Made by a program: the position numbers and the translations under genes
Assembly (NCBI GenBank): GCA_951406725.2
Contig: OX597814.1
Coordinates: 121,520,001 to 121,584,000 of the forward strand
Direction: 5' to 3'
DNA length: 64,000 bases
From: Octopus vulgaris
Lineage: Eukaryota
Shown here: positions 13,050 through 27,149 of the stretch, one piece after another
Layout: every line of letters begins with the position of its first letter
Position numbering within the stretch: position 1 is the first letter of the stretch
Notes under the pieces: generated by a model
Seen by the model: only the letters and a program-made list of their open reading frames with translations
Told to the model about the DNA's origin: nothing
Database searches by the model: none

Positions 13050-14640
13050 CACTGGGGAAAAATATTTTTCTACTGTGATAAAAGCATGTTTTAGACTAAA
13101 TCGAGGATGCTGATTCCGAATTCGCACTCAGAATTGTTCTAGCACGTCAGGGATTTGAGTTATGTTCATGTGCAAGATTATAACTATACTTTCGGCTAGA
13201 TATAGGCCGTATTATAAAACTTGCTAAAATGAAAGCGGTCTTAATTCAAAATTAAAGAAATAACAGCAATAAAACAAAGGATGAGAAAGTTCAAAGAAGA
13301 CCAAAGCACAAATTGTGTATGCAGATTGTAAGTCGCCTCTAAATCCTGTCCCACTTCCCTTCTCACATGCTTCACTTTAAAATCTTGACGCGTCGCACGA
13401 TGAACCTCCTGACTCACCTATCGACGAAGAGTACGCAGTTAATTCTAAGAAAAATGAGCCATAGTAGATTAATGAAGATTTGAAAGATTTAGCAAGAGAC
13501 CGAGCATTGTCAAAGGAGAGGGCAGAAGTTTGGGGATTCAAATTACAACAACGGAATCTCCTAGAGCAAGGTACCAAAATTTCCATTTTCTGTTCTCGTC
13601 ATAAAGGCTTATCTGTCTTTTTCAAGCAAGAAAATGATGCTTGTTTCTGTGCTGATTCTAATTCACTCATGCAAAATGTAGGACACGTGCATGTGGCTAC
13701 CGAATGGAGATTGTTTATAGATTCAAGTATGGTTAACCTCAAAGCTGTGTTGTTACATAACAGTAAGGAAAAACTTTCCACACCTGTGGGTCAGGATGTC
13801 GGTATGGAAGAAACCTATGAATCGATGGAACTCATTCTGAAAGGAGTTAACTACTCAGTTCATAAGTGGGATATTTGTGGTGATTTAAAGATGATTTCCC
13901 TCCTTCTAGGGCTGCATCTGGGATATATCAAATATATGAGCTTCCTGTGTGCTTGGAACAGCCGTGATGACAGCAATCGTTACTCTGTCAAAGACTGACC
14001 TAAAAGAGATGAGAACACAATTGGTAGCTATAATGTGCACCATACGCCACTAGTACACCTGCAAAAGATCTTCCTTCCACCTCTTCACATCAAACCCGAC
14101 CTTAGAACAAACTTTGTAAAAGCAATGACACACGATGTATGTGGCTTCCAGTACGTATAAGTAAAATTTTGTTCAGAGGAAAGTGATGCAAAACTGAAAG
14201 CTAGCATTTCCATTGGAACCGAAATAAGAGAATTGGTACCTGATAGTAAATTCAAAGGTAAACTGAATCTAGATGAGTTGACAGCATTAGATTCATTCAT
14301 ATTAGTTGTACAGAACTACATTGGAAATCATGGATCTGAAAAGTAGCTGATCTAATAAACAACATGCTAACAGCGTATGAAAGAATGGGATAACACATGT
14401 CCCTTAAAATGCACTTCTTGCATTCTCATCTCGATTCTTTTCCAGCAATCTAGGTGCCGTTAATGATGAACATAATGAGAGGTTCCACCAGGACATATCT
14501 GAGATGGAAACGAGGTATCTAAGCCGGTTCATTCCACGCACGATGGGTGGCTACCGTTGGGTCCTACAATGGGAGGCTAGCATGACACATAAGCGCAAGA
14601 GCAAGTGTCTCAAACATTTCTGAGCTGGGCATATCAAAAA
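13050..14640 (+). mobile_element. Chapaev3-like (CMC superfamily) DNA transposon, decayed and 3'-truncated
   Basis: The 5' end reads TTA|CACTGGGGAAAAAT, consistent with a TWA target and CAC terminus. A transposase pseudogene follows. No matching 3' terminus was found. Confidence 0.75.
13290..14623 (+). pseudogene. Chapaev3-type transposase pseudogene
   Basis: ORF 13480-13998 contains EWRLFIDSS..LKAVLLHN, WDICGDLK and FLCAWNSRD. Downstream broken frames give PPLHIK, MSLKMHFLHSHLD, DEHNERFHQDISEMETRY and HKRKSKCLKHF*. Confidence 0.85.
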
Positions 14641-14644
14641 TAAA

Positions 14645-14857
14645 GTGATGATGATTCCCCACTACTTCTACTCGTCAGCCACTTACGGAAATGCTCAACT
14701 GCTTAAGGTCAAGCAATTGACAAGCAAATCTGTGGTATTGAACAGAAAGATGGCTGTAGCAGAACTCTTTTTTTATATATACCAAGACAAAACAATGTAC
14801 ATGATAAGACTTCCAGTCAGTTAAAGACACTGCCTGGTACTGCATCGGGGCACTTTT

Positions 14858-14858
<1 letters not shown>
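14645..14858. mobile_element. Unclassified ~550 bp element, right-end fragment
   Basis: CCCCACTACTTCT..AAGGTCAAGCAA..GGTACTGCATCGGGGCA followed by (ATT)n. Confidence 0.8.
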
Positions 14859-15012
<154 letters not shown>

Positions 15013-15153
15013 TTCAAAATTAATCCTTCTCAACACATGGCTATGATGCTCCCCCACTACTTCTGCTCGTGATCAGAGATGCACATATCGTCAACCACTA
15101 AGGGACATGCTCAACTGGTTAAGGTCAAGCAACTGACAAGAAGATCAGAAGCC
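15013..15153. mobile_element. Unclassified ~550 bp element, internally deleted fragment
   Basis: CTCAACACATGGCTATGATGCTCCCCCACTACTTCTGCTCGTGATCAGAGATGCAC, lying between (ATT)n tracts. Confidence 0.8.
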
Positions 15154-15167
15154 ATTATTATTATTAA

Positions 15168-15215
<48 letters not shown>

Positions 15216-15271
15216 GTTTGAATTTTGCTTTACATTTGTACAAGTTGTTATTGTTGTTGTTGTTGTTGTTG

Positions 15272-15329
<58 letters not shown>

Positions 15330-15334
<5 letters not shown>

Positions 15335-15960
15335 GCATTTCGATTCTTAGTATAACAGTGGAATTTCTGCAGTGCTTTGTATTTTTTCCTGTGTATGCAC
15401 ATTATTTCGTGCTGTTATTTTCGTTATGCTGTGCAAGTTTCTGTGACACTTTGATTTGCAGATGTTTTGCTTATTTCTATGTTCCCTATGATCCAGGTAT
15501 TTACCAGTAACTAAATTAGTCATTTGCAAGACATATAATTTCTGTTTTCATTACCCCCAAATTGGTTATCTCTATTTCCAGATCTTTCCATACCATTAAT
15601 ATTAGAGATATTTTATCGCGCATTTAAGCTAATATTTCGATTGTGTAGCATTAATCATATTAGAGTGTTTGAGAACCATATCTTGCCGATTAATGTATCT
15701 CTATGAGAAAGAAATTATAATATGTACTGAATGGTGGTTTTATCATTTCATCATTTCATAATGCAGGCATAACTCCACTGTATACGAACGTCAACTTTGT
15801 TCAGTTCTGTAGATATACTATTTAGTGGCTTATACTGGGCATTCAAAAATGTGATTCTTTGTTTCTTCTGAGTTTATTGAAAGGTAGGTGAAAGTTGCCA
15901 AGTATAGACCTGTGAGTCGACGATTAGGAATTGGAGAGGGCATTTGATATTAGTGTTCAG
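15330..15960 (-). mobile_element. Decayed R4/Dong-like 3' fragment
   Basis: FECPV*ATK*YIYR and WKDLEIEITNLGVMKTEI on the minus strand. The 3' end abuts (ATT)n at about 15330. Confidence 0.65.
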
Positions 15961-16013
15961 AGACATCTGTGACAGTGAGGTTCCTCGATCATCCCTAGAA
16001 GTCATCCTTTACC

Positions 16014-16156
16014 ATCAACTTTGCCTTTCATCCTGTCGGGGTCGATTGAATAACTACCAGTTGCGCACTGGGGTCGATGTAATCGAATTAATCCCTTTGC
16101 CTGTCCTTGTTTGTCCCTTCTATGTTTAGCCCCATGCGGCCAATAAATAAATAAAT
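16014..16156 (+). mobile_element. SINE family A, 3' part
   Basis: TTTGCCTTTCATCCTGTCGGGGTCGAT..CTGGGGTCGATGTAATCG. Confidence 0.8.
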
Positions 16157-16181
16157 ATCATTAATATTATTCTTATTAGAC

Positions 16182-16344
<163 letters not shown>

Positions 16345-16347
<3 letters not shown>

Positions 16348-17130
16348 ATTTCTCAGAGCTCTTGGTATTACTTGCTCTGGGTGATTTTTTGAGAGCCGAC
16401 AGCAACCTATTGTCAGATGTCTCACAGTCTCATACCGCAAATTATAATCTTTCGTACTGTTAATTTATCGGGGTAGACACTCAACACCCAAGCAACAACC
16501 TCAAAATCATAGTTGCCTCCAATCGAGCAGTTTTGGAGCTAGTTCTGCACTCATGTCAATTCCAATTTCTTTCACATATTTCCGCAACCTATGCTGATAG
16601 CTGAATGCTAATACTTCTAAATGCACCAATTACTATTAGTATCACATCTACTGTCTTCATTGACCACAACCTTCGTATTTTCCACTTCAAATCGTCATAG
16701 TTGTTTTTTCCTTCTTTTTTTACATTAATCCTGTAATCACTGGCGCATGCTATGTCGATTAACATACATGCTCTTATGTTTTTTACTCAGCACAACGGTT
16801 TCCGATGCCTCGTCGTATGATCATACTGGATCATTGTATGCCACAGGATTTTTCAATTCTCATTTTCGCTGAATCCTACTGAAGTTTGGTACATATCACG
16901 TCTTTGCTGTTTGTAGGTCGTAATTTCCACAGAAATTCCAACGAATTGTTCTTGTTACATTGTCATGGCGTCTTTTGTATTCGCGTTGTGCCAATTTCGG
17001 GCATTCGTTGACGATGTCCTATACCGTTTTACCCCTCTCTTCACACACTCTGCATTTTTCGCTACCGGTAGTTCTGTACTTCGTATAGTTGGTCCTTAAT
17101 GCTTATTCCTGAGCTGCGCATATGAGTTGC
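16345..17130 (-). mobile_element. R4/Dong-like 3' fragment
   Basis: CAAQE*ALRTNY, CRVC and ECPKLAQREYKRRHDNV, followed by YDDLKWKIRRLWSMK and IGA. Confidence 0.9.
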
Positions 17131-17149
17131 TGTTGTTGTTGTTGTTGAT

Positions 17150-17620
17150 TTGATTCAGATTTGGTCTTATTCCTGATAGGATTTATGTGAGTTGCGGGTT
17201 ACTACCTGTAACCTCGAATTTCCACTAGCTTTCAATAGTCTATCTAGTGCTTAGAACCCGCCTGATGATCTTTCCTGTCACTGAGAGGAAAAACGTCTAT
17301 AGAAGCTCTACAAGATATATTACTCCAACACTTCAATCAATTGTCTATATCATTGCTTACAGTTCCCAATGCACCACCTATCTTAGCACAATCTTTACAG
17401 TTTTCAATTCTAAAACATTGTAGACTTTATTGTTTCGTATTCTTTCTTTACGATCATAGAATCAAACAGACATGATGGATCAATTAGTAAGCAGCCTCGC
17501 TTTTCATCCTCTATCATTGTTTTGTCTGGTCTATTATTTTCTAGCTTCTTGTCCTTCTGAATATGAAATTCCCACAAAATCTCACATTTCTCCGACTCCA
17601 GTACACTTTCGACGCGATAT
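17150..17620 (-). mobile_element. R4/Dong-like 3' fragment (second subfamily)
   Basis: IGGALGTVS motif. The UTR segment GGGTTTACTACCTGTAACCT (~17196) recurs at ~63437 in another copy. Confidence 0.7.
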
Positions 17621-18175
17621 CATACTATATGTCTCTAATTTCAAATCCTCATTTCTGGCAAAGCTTCCAAAGATTGGTAACTTGCTTTTGGTGATACACT
17701 TCATTTTATTTCACGTTTCCTTTATATTTATCAGCTTTCATGTTTCTACTATTTAAGATGTCTGCGCTTGCAATTCAGCTTTATATGTTATTTGTTATGT
17801 TGAGGTTTTCATCTTTTATGATCGAAAATATTAGTGAGATTCGAATCCTTTCAACACTGCTGCCATCATTGTGACCTATAATTCTGTTTAATAACCCTTG
17901 GTGTTGCCATTCTAAGAATTTTGGAGATAGAACAACCACAGGAAAATATCAATGCAACGTCGTTTGAATTCCACAAAATGGAATGTGGCTAAATAATCAG
18001 AATTTCTTGTTTGAAGTTCGGTATGAATGAAACACAGAAAATCACGTCACTTCCTCTCGGTTATTTGGGTAAATCGTCTTTTATACATGTGCCAATACCG
18101 AAACAGAAAATTAACAATAATAACACCAGCAACTATAACATCAATAAATACTACTACTACTACTACTACTACTAC

Positions 18176-18253
<78 letters not shown>

Positions 18254-18300
18254 TGATAATGATGATGATGATGATGATGATGGTGATGATGGTGGTGATG

Positions 18301-18680
18301 ATATATCTGGACTCTCAACACTACACACTATTCAAAAAATAGCCCTGATAGGAACAGCCCACATCCTACGCAACACGCTATAAATTCAATAATGCAACCC
18401 AAATAAACCAATCTACAATCACAAGACAAACTTTATAAAATAAAATAAAATTAAATTAAATTAAAAAACAACAACAAACTGTATTCTACAGGCTGGATAC
18501 CCAATAGAAGAACACAACTCGCATTACACACACAATATACAATACAAACAGTAATACAACGAATGACTGCAACCAAACCCTATAACGAAACAAACTAACG
18601 CAATACAATACCGGGAAGAGTTTGCACTCGCCAAAAACAAAGAAAAATACACGACGATACACACACCCCAGCAACACGGA
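18301..18680 (+). mobile_element. R4/Dong-like extreme 3' end with UTR
   Basis: ISGLSTLHTIQKIALIGTAHILRNTL* lies directly after a + strand (AAT)n/(GAT)n tract. Confidence 0.75.
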
Positions 18681-18685
18681 GATGT

Positions 18686-19075
18686 AACAAGTTGCTTGAC
18701 CTTAACCAGTTCAGCATATACTTTAGTGGCTGACAATATGTGCATCTCTGATCACGAGCAGAAGTAGTTGATCATGTGCTTATTTTCATTTGTCCATATA
18801 CTTTAGTGGCTGACAATATGTGCATCTCTGATCACGAGCAGAAGTAGTTGAGTATCATTCTTTGGGGGTCCTGAATAATTATTTTCTGGAAACATGGGTG
18901 TTTCATTCAGCATCCTTTTGCGTGGGATATGCTACTCAACCTGAAAAAATTACTAACTGGACCCCACGTACAAGGTCATACCCTGTTTCTCTTGATATGA
19001 GGTCATATGGTTGTGATGCATGTGCCTGGTGTACCCTTATCAGACAGGTAGTTGTAATGAGTATGTTGAACTTCG
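18686..19075. mobile_element. Unclassified ~550 bp element, inverted partial copy
   Basis: Reverse complement of the same family, with an internal 57 bp duplication. Confidence 0.8.
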
Positions 19076-19258
19076 TGTTTACGTTCCGAGTTCAAATTCG
19101 ATTTTACTTTTCATCCGTTCGGGGTCGATACATTAAGTACGAGGGTCGATGTAATGGACTGACCCCGTACCAGAAAATTTTGATCCTTGTACCTAAAACA
19201 GAAAGGATCTGGCTGAGTCGTTCGCAATCCCGACGAAATGCTTAGTGGTATTTCAGAC
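19076..19258 (+). mobile_element. SINE family A, partial copy plus a second head
   Basis: GAGTTCAAATTC..GGGGTCGATACATTAAGTAC, followed by CTGGCTGAGTCGTT..GAAATGCTTAG. Confidence 0.75.
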
Positions 19259-19263
19259 GTCGC

Positions 19264-19390
19264 TTCTTCTTCTTCTTCTTCTTCTTCTTCTTCTTCTTCT
19301 TCTTCTTCTTCTTCTTCTTCTTCTTCTTCTTCTTCTTCTTCTTCTTCTTCTTCTTCTTCTTCTTCTTCTTCTTCTTCTTCTTCTTCTTCT
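19264..19390. repeat. (TTC)n microsatellite
   Basis: Direct reading. Confidence 0.99.
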
Positions 19391-19982
19391 CTTCGTCGTC
19401 CTCGATGTTGTGGTTATTGTTGATGTTGTTATCAGTAGTAGTAGTAGTAGTTGTTGTTGTTGTTGTTGTAGTATATTTCCGGCTCTGGTAAAGATATACC
19501 AGCGCAATGTCGGGTTGTTTCAGTCCATTTATTGCTCGTACCCAAGTAGATTGATTGATAGACGGACTGAAAATTATGGAGACGCCTCAGTAAGTAGTTA
19601 ATCCGAAAGATTCTTTAGTAATTACCCGATGTCATATCTACAATTGCTCTCCAATTCACCTACTATCGAATTCTTAAACGCATTTAGTTCGGTTATCTTA
19701 CAAATTGTGAAAACATACGATGGAAATCTATGGTAATTAACTTAGAATTCAATTAACTTGGCGTGATTACCTAAAGTAAGTGTCAAAATTCATTAAACTG
19801 TGTAGACGCTAATAATTAAAGGTTTCAAAACTAATATAACCGTTAAAAGTTATTATGAATATGTAAAACTTTCATTAATGCAGCAATAGTTTTTATACAA
19901 AATCAGCAGAATTTTCTCTCATTTTATATGAATGTTGTTCGATTAGTCACACACAGACATGCACACGTGCACACACACTCAC

Positions 19983-19983
<1 letters not shown>

Positions 19984-20057
<74 letters not shown>

Positions 20058-20073
20058 AATCTATCTATCTATC

Positions 20074-20087
<14 letters not shown>
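19984..20087. repeat. (ATCT)n microsatellite
   Basis: Direct reading. Confidence 0.99.
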
Positions 20088-20104
<17 letters not shown>

Positions 20105-20105
<1 letters not shown>

Positions 20106-20451
20106 CTCTTTTTAGACTTTTACTCTTTTACTTGTTTCAGTCATTTGACTGCATCCATGCTGAAGCAATGCCTTTTAGTCGAGTGAATCGACCCCAGAAC
20201 TTAATTTTTTGTAAGCCTAGTACTTAATCTATCGGTATCTTTTGCCGAACCGCTACGTACGGGGAGGTAAGCACACCAGCACCGTTTGTTAAGCGATGTT
20301 AGGTGGACAAATACACGTATATATACATATACATATTTACGACGGGCTTCTTTCAGTTTCCGTCTACCAAATCCACTCGCAAGGCTTTGGTAGGCCCGAG
20401 GCTACAGTAGAGGATACATCGTCCAAGGTACCCCGCAGTGGGACTGAACCC
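20105..20451 (-). mobile_element. SINE family B, 5'-clipped
   Basis: Reverse complement of 37565-37990. Confidence 0.85.
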
Positions 20452-20635
20452 AAGAAAGAAATTGAGAAGGTATGAGAAAGAAATATAGTTTCCGCTTAGA
20501 CAGTTGCATTAATGAGCAACAAAACATTAAAATAAAAATATGTGTCTGTCTGTGTAATTTAAATTTGCACAGACCTGAAGTCTTGGTAGCCCAGGAAATT
20601 TTTTATATATATATACACGCTCACAAATGCACCCA

Positions 20636-20774
20636 ATACATACATACATATACATATATACATACATACTTACAAACATACATACATACATACACACATA
20701 CATACATACATACATACATACATACATACATACATACATACATACATACATACATACATACATACATACATACA

Positions 20775-20805
<31 letters not shown>
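20636..20805. repeat. (CATA)n microsatellite
   Basis: Direct reading. Confidence 0.99.
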
Positions 20806-20806
<1 letters not shown>

Positions 20807-22109
20807 CTCTAAGCCCAGTGCAGACATTACAATAAATTTGACACTTCTCTGAGCAATGAATCTCTCCATCGCTACATCTTTTATATTTTCGCAGTAGTTT
20901 TAAATTAATAAACATAATTGAACATATATGTGTGTGTCTGTGTCTATTTATGGTGAGGTTTTATCGTTATTTCGTTATATAACTTTTATAGAATATATAC
21001 AAATATATATATTGATCATAGTGCTCAGATTATCTGCTGTAAATTGAATACGCAGGATATAGTGGCTAGATATGTTTATTATATTAGAAAATGAAAATCA
21101 CATCTGAGTTCCCCTACGCATCTCTGTTTGTAGTTAATTCCTATATTTTGGCTTTTGTTAACCATCTTTATAACTACGATAATACGACTGTGTACACATA
21201 CGCATACATACACGAATATATGCATGTGAAGTTAGTCTATTAGTACGATTATTTATATTGATAAATGCAAATTTTCTATACGCGTGTCGGTATGGCTTAT
21301 AGACGAATGAGTTACGTAAGGCTCGCACAGACACTTTAACAACAAGAATGCAACACATGACTATGTGCATACGATTGTACTTGTAAATGTGAATTTCTGT
21401 TCGTCTCTCTGCATAGCTTTCAACTTATGGTACATATTTGGAAACATAGTAACCCAGATATGTGTGTATACTAATGTGGCCTACCGACCTGTAGCACAAT
21501 TTCTGACCACCCTATGATGCTCTTAGTGCTTATGACCTGCAGATTCCACAGTAAGAAATATACAGAGCAAACAAAATAAATGTTAGTCGAAAAATTATGC
21601 TTAAACTATTCAGAATGTAGATGACAATGAGAATAATAAGCATATCAAGAACATATTTAACTATTAGATATGTATCTATATAAATACGCTTCGTATTGGA
21701 TGCTTCATATCAGACAATTCAGTAAAGCACAATTTTGTTGTTGATTACATCATTTCTTTCGAAACTAAATCCATTCCCATAAAAGTTAATTGGTTTCCTT
21801 ATACCGAGTCCGAAAATAAATGATTTTATTTTTCATTTTTCATCATCGACCCAATTGAATTTTTCTTTCAAATAGATTTTAAGAACACACTACATTTTGC
21901 GAACGGTTAAAATTATGTCTAAATATAGTCGTCGATATGAATAGTGAAACGTGGCAAAGACATGGGAATTGAAATGAGACGATATATTAAAAAGCAAAAA
22001 ACGCCAGAATAGCAAACACCTGAGGAAAATATTCAGTAAAATGTTTGCACATGTGGCGAATAATGTGAATATTCAGGAATATAACAGCATCCTTTAGTCA
22101 TGTATATAT

Positions 22110-22770
22110 ATATCTGATATTCCTTGAAGATATTTGTCCAGATTCCCTTTAAAGGTGATGGGATCCTTTTCCTCCTTGATCTGTTTTGGGACAATGTTAA
22201 ATAGAGCAGGGCTTCTTGAAGAAGAAAACTGTGTTGCAGTGTATTTAAATGGTGTGATACTGAATTAGGTAGAGGACGTATGACTCGTGATCCTAGCCTC
22301 GGATGAATGTTGAAACTAATGTTGAGGTCGTTTGGGTAATGCTGGCGATTTATTCTCCATAAGGTGCAAATAATGAGGAGTGGCCGTACAAAGGAGAAGA
22401 GTCGAATGATGACACCTTGTTCTCTGGACCGGAAGGTTCTTATGATCCAAGAGATCATTCTACGAGCTATATCGACCTTATTGTTGATATGGGCACTCTA
22501 ACTGAGATTGTTATCAACAATTACTCTTAGGTCTCTAATATCATTAGATGCTGTGAGAGGATTTCCTAAAGGAAGAGAGTATGGTTGTTGTAGCATAGTC
22601 TTTTTTTCCTAAATGCATCATCTCAAATTTTCCCCACGTTTAGTTGCATTTTGTTTTACTCTGCCCATTGACTCACAGCATATAGATCAGACTAGAGTTG
22701 AGTTCGGTCTTCTTCTTCATTGATGATTTGCTGAAGTTTAGTGTCATCAGCAAATATTGCTTTGTTTTAC
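22110..22770 (-). mobile_element. CR1-like LINE reverse transcriptase fragment
   Basis: FADDTKL near 22735-22755; ISWIIRTFRSR..FVRPLL in ORF 22033-22458; KDPITFKGNLDKY near 22130-22170. Confidence 0.85.
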
Positions 22771-23002
22771 TACGCTGGACAGGTGGTTTATATAGATTAT
22801 ATATTGCAAGAGACATATATATATATATAAATTCAAATTACGATAAACGTACACAAACAAACGAAGTTTGCCTTAGAAGCGTTGAGATGTCTTAGAAAGT
22901 TAAAGAGGTGATCTTAAATTCTCAAACGCTGCATAATGCTAATAATATTGCCTGAACAGGATAAGATACCCCTATTTTGCAGAAAAAAGTGTTGCCGGCA
23001 GG

Positions 23003-23068
<66 letters not shown>

Positions 23069-23629
23069 AGTAAGTGAAGAAACAGAAGAAAAAAGCACTG
23101 AACACATTTTGCAGATGTAACTTAGATACATATCGGCTCACTGCTAGGTTTCTAAGACGAGCCTACGAAACTTAGTTGCATGGGGTAGATTCGAATTGTG
23201 ATTGTATATACATTCATGCATACATACACACATACATGCATGCATACATATAATATTATATGATATAATATAATTGAATGATATATATATATACTCCTCT
23301 CCGCCGAAAATAAGTATCCACTAACGTAACAGCTTGTGATCCAAGGGTCCACCATTATTCAACATTCTGCTAATCAGTCTCGGAGATATGAGAATAAGCT
23401 GAGCAGAAATCGTTTATCTCAGATACCACGTGAATCCACATTGCAGTTGGCGGCACAAACAGGAGCAGTCCCTTCCAACTCACTACCTCACCAGAAACGT
23501 TAGAGAAGAGGAACCCAAGCGCACTGAGAGACCTTGAACACCCCCACCCAAAAAAATAAAGCAATAGATACTTATGTATATATAGATGTATATATACATA
23601 TGTGTGTGTGTGTGTGTGTGTGTGTGTAG

Positions 23630-23950
23630 GGCGGGCCCCTTCTGTCATGAATGATGATGGGATTGCACCTACAAAGTTATCCTCCGAGGCAGAGGTGTGG
23701 TCAAGGTTGTTTATAAAAGAGCAGCAGTCGCCCATCATACATACCACCTTCCCCTCTACATGCCACCAATGTTTTCCAAGCAAAGGCAAAGGGGCCAATA
23801 CAGTTTGGCACCAGTGACATTACAACTCATTTCTACAGCTGAGTGAACTGGACCAACGTGAAATAAAGTGTCTTGCTCAAGAACAAAACACGCGGCCCGG
23901 TCCGGGAATCGAACACACGAGCTCACGATCGTAAGCTCGACGGTCTAACT
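23630..23950 (-). mobile_element. tRNA-derived SINE family D
   Basis: Reverse complement has B box GTTCGATTCC, then TTGAGCAAGACACTTTATTTCACG and the tail TGCAATCCCATCATCATTCATGACAGAAGGGG. Confidence 0.82.
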
Positions 23951-23953
23951 TGT

Positions 23954-24025
<72 letters not shown>

Positions 24026-24069
24026 ATATATATATACATACATATATACATACATATATACATACATAC

Positions 24070-24122
<53 letters not shown>

Positions 24123-24588
24123 TGTGTTTATATTTAAGTATATGTAGTGCTACCAAGACGTCATATTTAACAAACGTACTAAAAGCCCTTTGTTTTCGTT
24201 ACAGTATATTATTTTTATTTACTATTTACGTTACTATCGTATCCATTGTATATTTATTAAATAAATTTGGTTCCTTTTTCGACCACTCTTTATTTAATAA
24301 TAGTATTTAACTGGCTAGTGTTTATGTTCGTTATTCAAGTTTTATGTTCTTATTCTCAGAATATGAGGTTTTTGAAAAATACATGGCGACGTACATTATT
24401 ATAATCCGTTTTAACTAGACTAAAGTGACTCGGACGTCATCGGAAAATAATAGAGATTTCAATGGAATATTTTTAATGCTGACTACATTAGGTTTGAATG
24501 CAGATACTATTTCTCTGCGTGTGTCAGTGCACGCGAAGTCGTATATGTGTTTGTTTGTTCGACTGTGCATATATGTGTGTGTGTGTGT

Positions 24589-24631
<43 letters not shown>

Positions 24632-25047
24632 CGTGAGTGTACAGTTGTGTGTTTGATGTATATGAATTTGTGTGTGCTTGTTTATGAATTTGTTTTCTTG
24701 TGTGTAATGCGTACATATACATGTGCACTATCAATTATATAAACATACATATTCTTAAATATTTCAGTTTTCTCGAGTGACATTAAATTAATAGATGTCA
24801 ACGCAATACATACATTTATACATACAATCACACACACATATATACATTCATACATACCATACATATATATGTGCGTGTGTTTCTGTGAGGGGTGTTCTAC
24901 TGCTGCATTGGCTATGCAGTAAGATGGTAAGATCAACAAAAAAAGAACTCTGTCTGGTGAGAGTATTTTATTTTTGTTGAGCTACTATTAGTTTCACACG
25001 ATGAAAGCATACCAGTGAGCAATGTCTGGATATATATATATATATAT

Positions 25048-25138
<91 letters not shown>

Positions 25139-25141
25139 TAC

Positions 25142-25172
<31 letters not shown>

Positions 25173-25454
25173 TGTATGTATGTATGTATGTATATATACA
25201 CATAGTTTGTATGTGTATGTATATAAGTCTTCTGGTGAGTGAATGTGTATCTATATGTATGTTTATATTATGAGAGACAGAGAGAGACTAGCAGAAAGAG
25301 TGTTTATGTAAGTTTACTAAGTTTATGCATCATTCGAGTTACTGAACTTTCATCATATGAGGTCGAAACCAAATTTCTACCGTCAGGCTCAAAGTGACTA
25401 GGTAACAAAATTTGTTCTTTGCTATCGCTTAACCCAATGACTTATATATATATT

Positions 25455-25501
<47 letters not shown>

Positions 25502-25999
25502 ATGTATATATGTATGTATATATGCACTTACATATACAGGTATACTGATGCCCTTCACTGTATTTACGAAATACTTTCCATTTTCAAACATAAGATTTTA
25601 GTCACATGCCACCATAATGCCATGCAGTTAAATATCATACATTGATAACATTACATATCTAGGCTAAAGATACCAATCATAGCTATATTTTCCTAAAAGC
25701 ATTGTTATATTAGCAATAAAAAATAATTTTAAATGGAGTGTAATTAAAATTATTTCCTATACAACTTAAGAATGTAAATCAATAAAAAGTTTAAACCTGA
25801 AATCAAGTTATTCAGCTAATACTAATTAAAAGAGAAAAAAATGCCTATCGACTAATTAAATCTCTTTCAATGTAGTAATTTTAGTTGTGAAAATATTGTA
25901 GCGAATTTCCTTTATATACAACGTTTCTAAAATTTAGAAACCCCATTGTATAATAAGTACTAGTTGATCGCTCAAGGACTAAGCTACAAGATGCTAACA

Positions 26000-26720
26000 G
26001 TTGCAACATCGTTCATCATAAACGTTTTGGAGGAAAGTGCACTTAGCGCTTTCCAACAACAAATAACAATAAAATCTAAACGGTCGTAACAGACATAGCT
26101 GCTCAAAGTCAATGACAAATACTGTACATTATGGTTGTTGTCGATGATGATGTGAGGGACAAGATACGGCAGACTAGTGGAGTTCGTACGCATCGATGAA
26201 AATCAAATGATTAAAATCAAGTTTTTAGCCTATTTTAAATCATATAAACACCAGAGACTACGAAAACTTGGGAAAATATTTAATTGTTGTAAATTGACGG
26301 TTCAGATAAAATAGACATGAAAGGAATTATCATAAGTTTTGGAACTATTCGCAAAATCGTTCGTCGTCACAACATTGCTACATTGTAGAGATATCTTCAA
26401 CAGCTATTTTTCCAATTACGGCAGACTAAGCTGCCGCTCACGTCCATCATGAGGACCTCCGTGTTGATTCCCCGACCAAGTAATGCAGGCTTTTTTTCCT
26501 TTGTTGTGGTTACAATCAAAACGATGGTAAGGTGGATAATATTGTAAGTATTAAGGGCAAATAATCACATCTTCAACTACAGCCTCATCAAATTTGAATT
26601 GATGTGGGAGTTAAAGGCAGACAAAGGTTTCCTTCTCTTCAATGAATTTGCTGATTGACTCGTTATATTGATTAGCAGGTCCCAGTAATGAACCCATGCG
26701 TAGAAATCAGACACATTTTT
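26000..26720 (-). mobile_element. Possible highly decayed Gypsy-like protease/RT remnant
   Basis: LTIVLIVTT..KPALLGRG resembles the retropepsin C-terminal motif. No intact DTG or YxDD was seen. Confidence 0.25.
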
Positions 26721-27149
26721 CTGCAAAATATGGATAGTCTATCCTGTCCGTGCTATATCATTAGCATTAGCCTGCGTTTGAGAATAATATTATTTCCTTA
26801 TCTGTCAATACATCGCAACGGTTCTAAAGCAAACTTTGTTTATTTACTTCCACCGTAATTTGAATTTAACGTAAGATAACGTCTTATAAAGGTAGATATA
26901 TATATCCTGAATGTGTAGAAGTATTTGTTGTTCGGTCAGTTTAGCTTAAAGGTAAAGTACTTCGGAATATTTCACCGACCAGCCCTGCTATTTTGAGATA
27001 GAAAAGAATCTTCAGTTTTAATGGCTTCATTATATACAAATATATTTACAAACATTTTATTCGAACTCTTTCTATTTGAATATCCTGCATTCATAATAAT
27101 ATCACCTTTAAGATGCTTGTGTTTTGATCGTTTGTACATAGACATCTGT

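Noticed and set aside
18715-18851. Direct repeats with a spacer, superficially CRISPR-like
   Set aside because: Only two 57 bp copies inside a eukaryotic repeat, with no cas genes.
21068-21105. AGATATGTTTATTATATT resembling miR-190
   Set aside because: Mismatches to the mature sequence and no convincing complementary arm.
21489-21536. Possible 48 nt minus-strand exon (VISTKSIIGWSEIVLQ) between CAG and GTCGGT
   Set aside because: Weak pyrimidine tract, unrecognised peptide and no partner exons.
23330-23370. VIQGS/PPLFNIL resembling an RT motif
   Set aside because: Too short, needs a frameshift, and has no flanking RT motifs.
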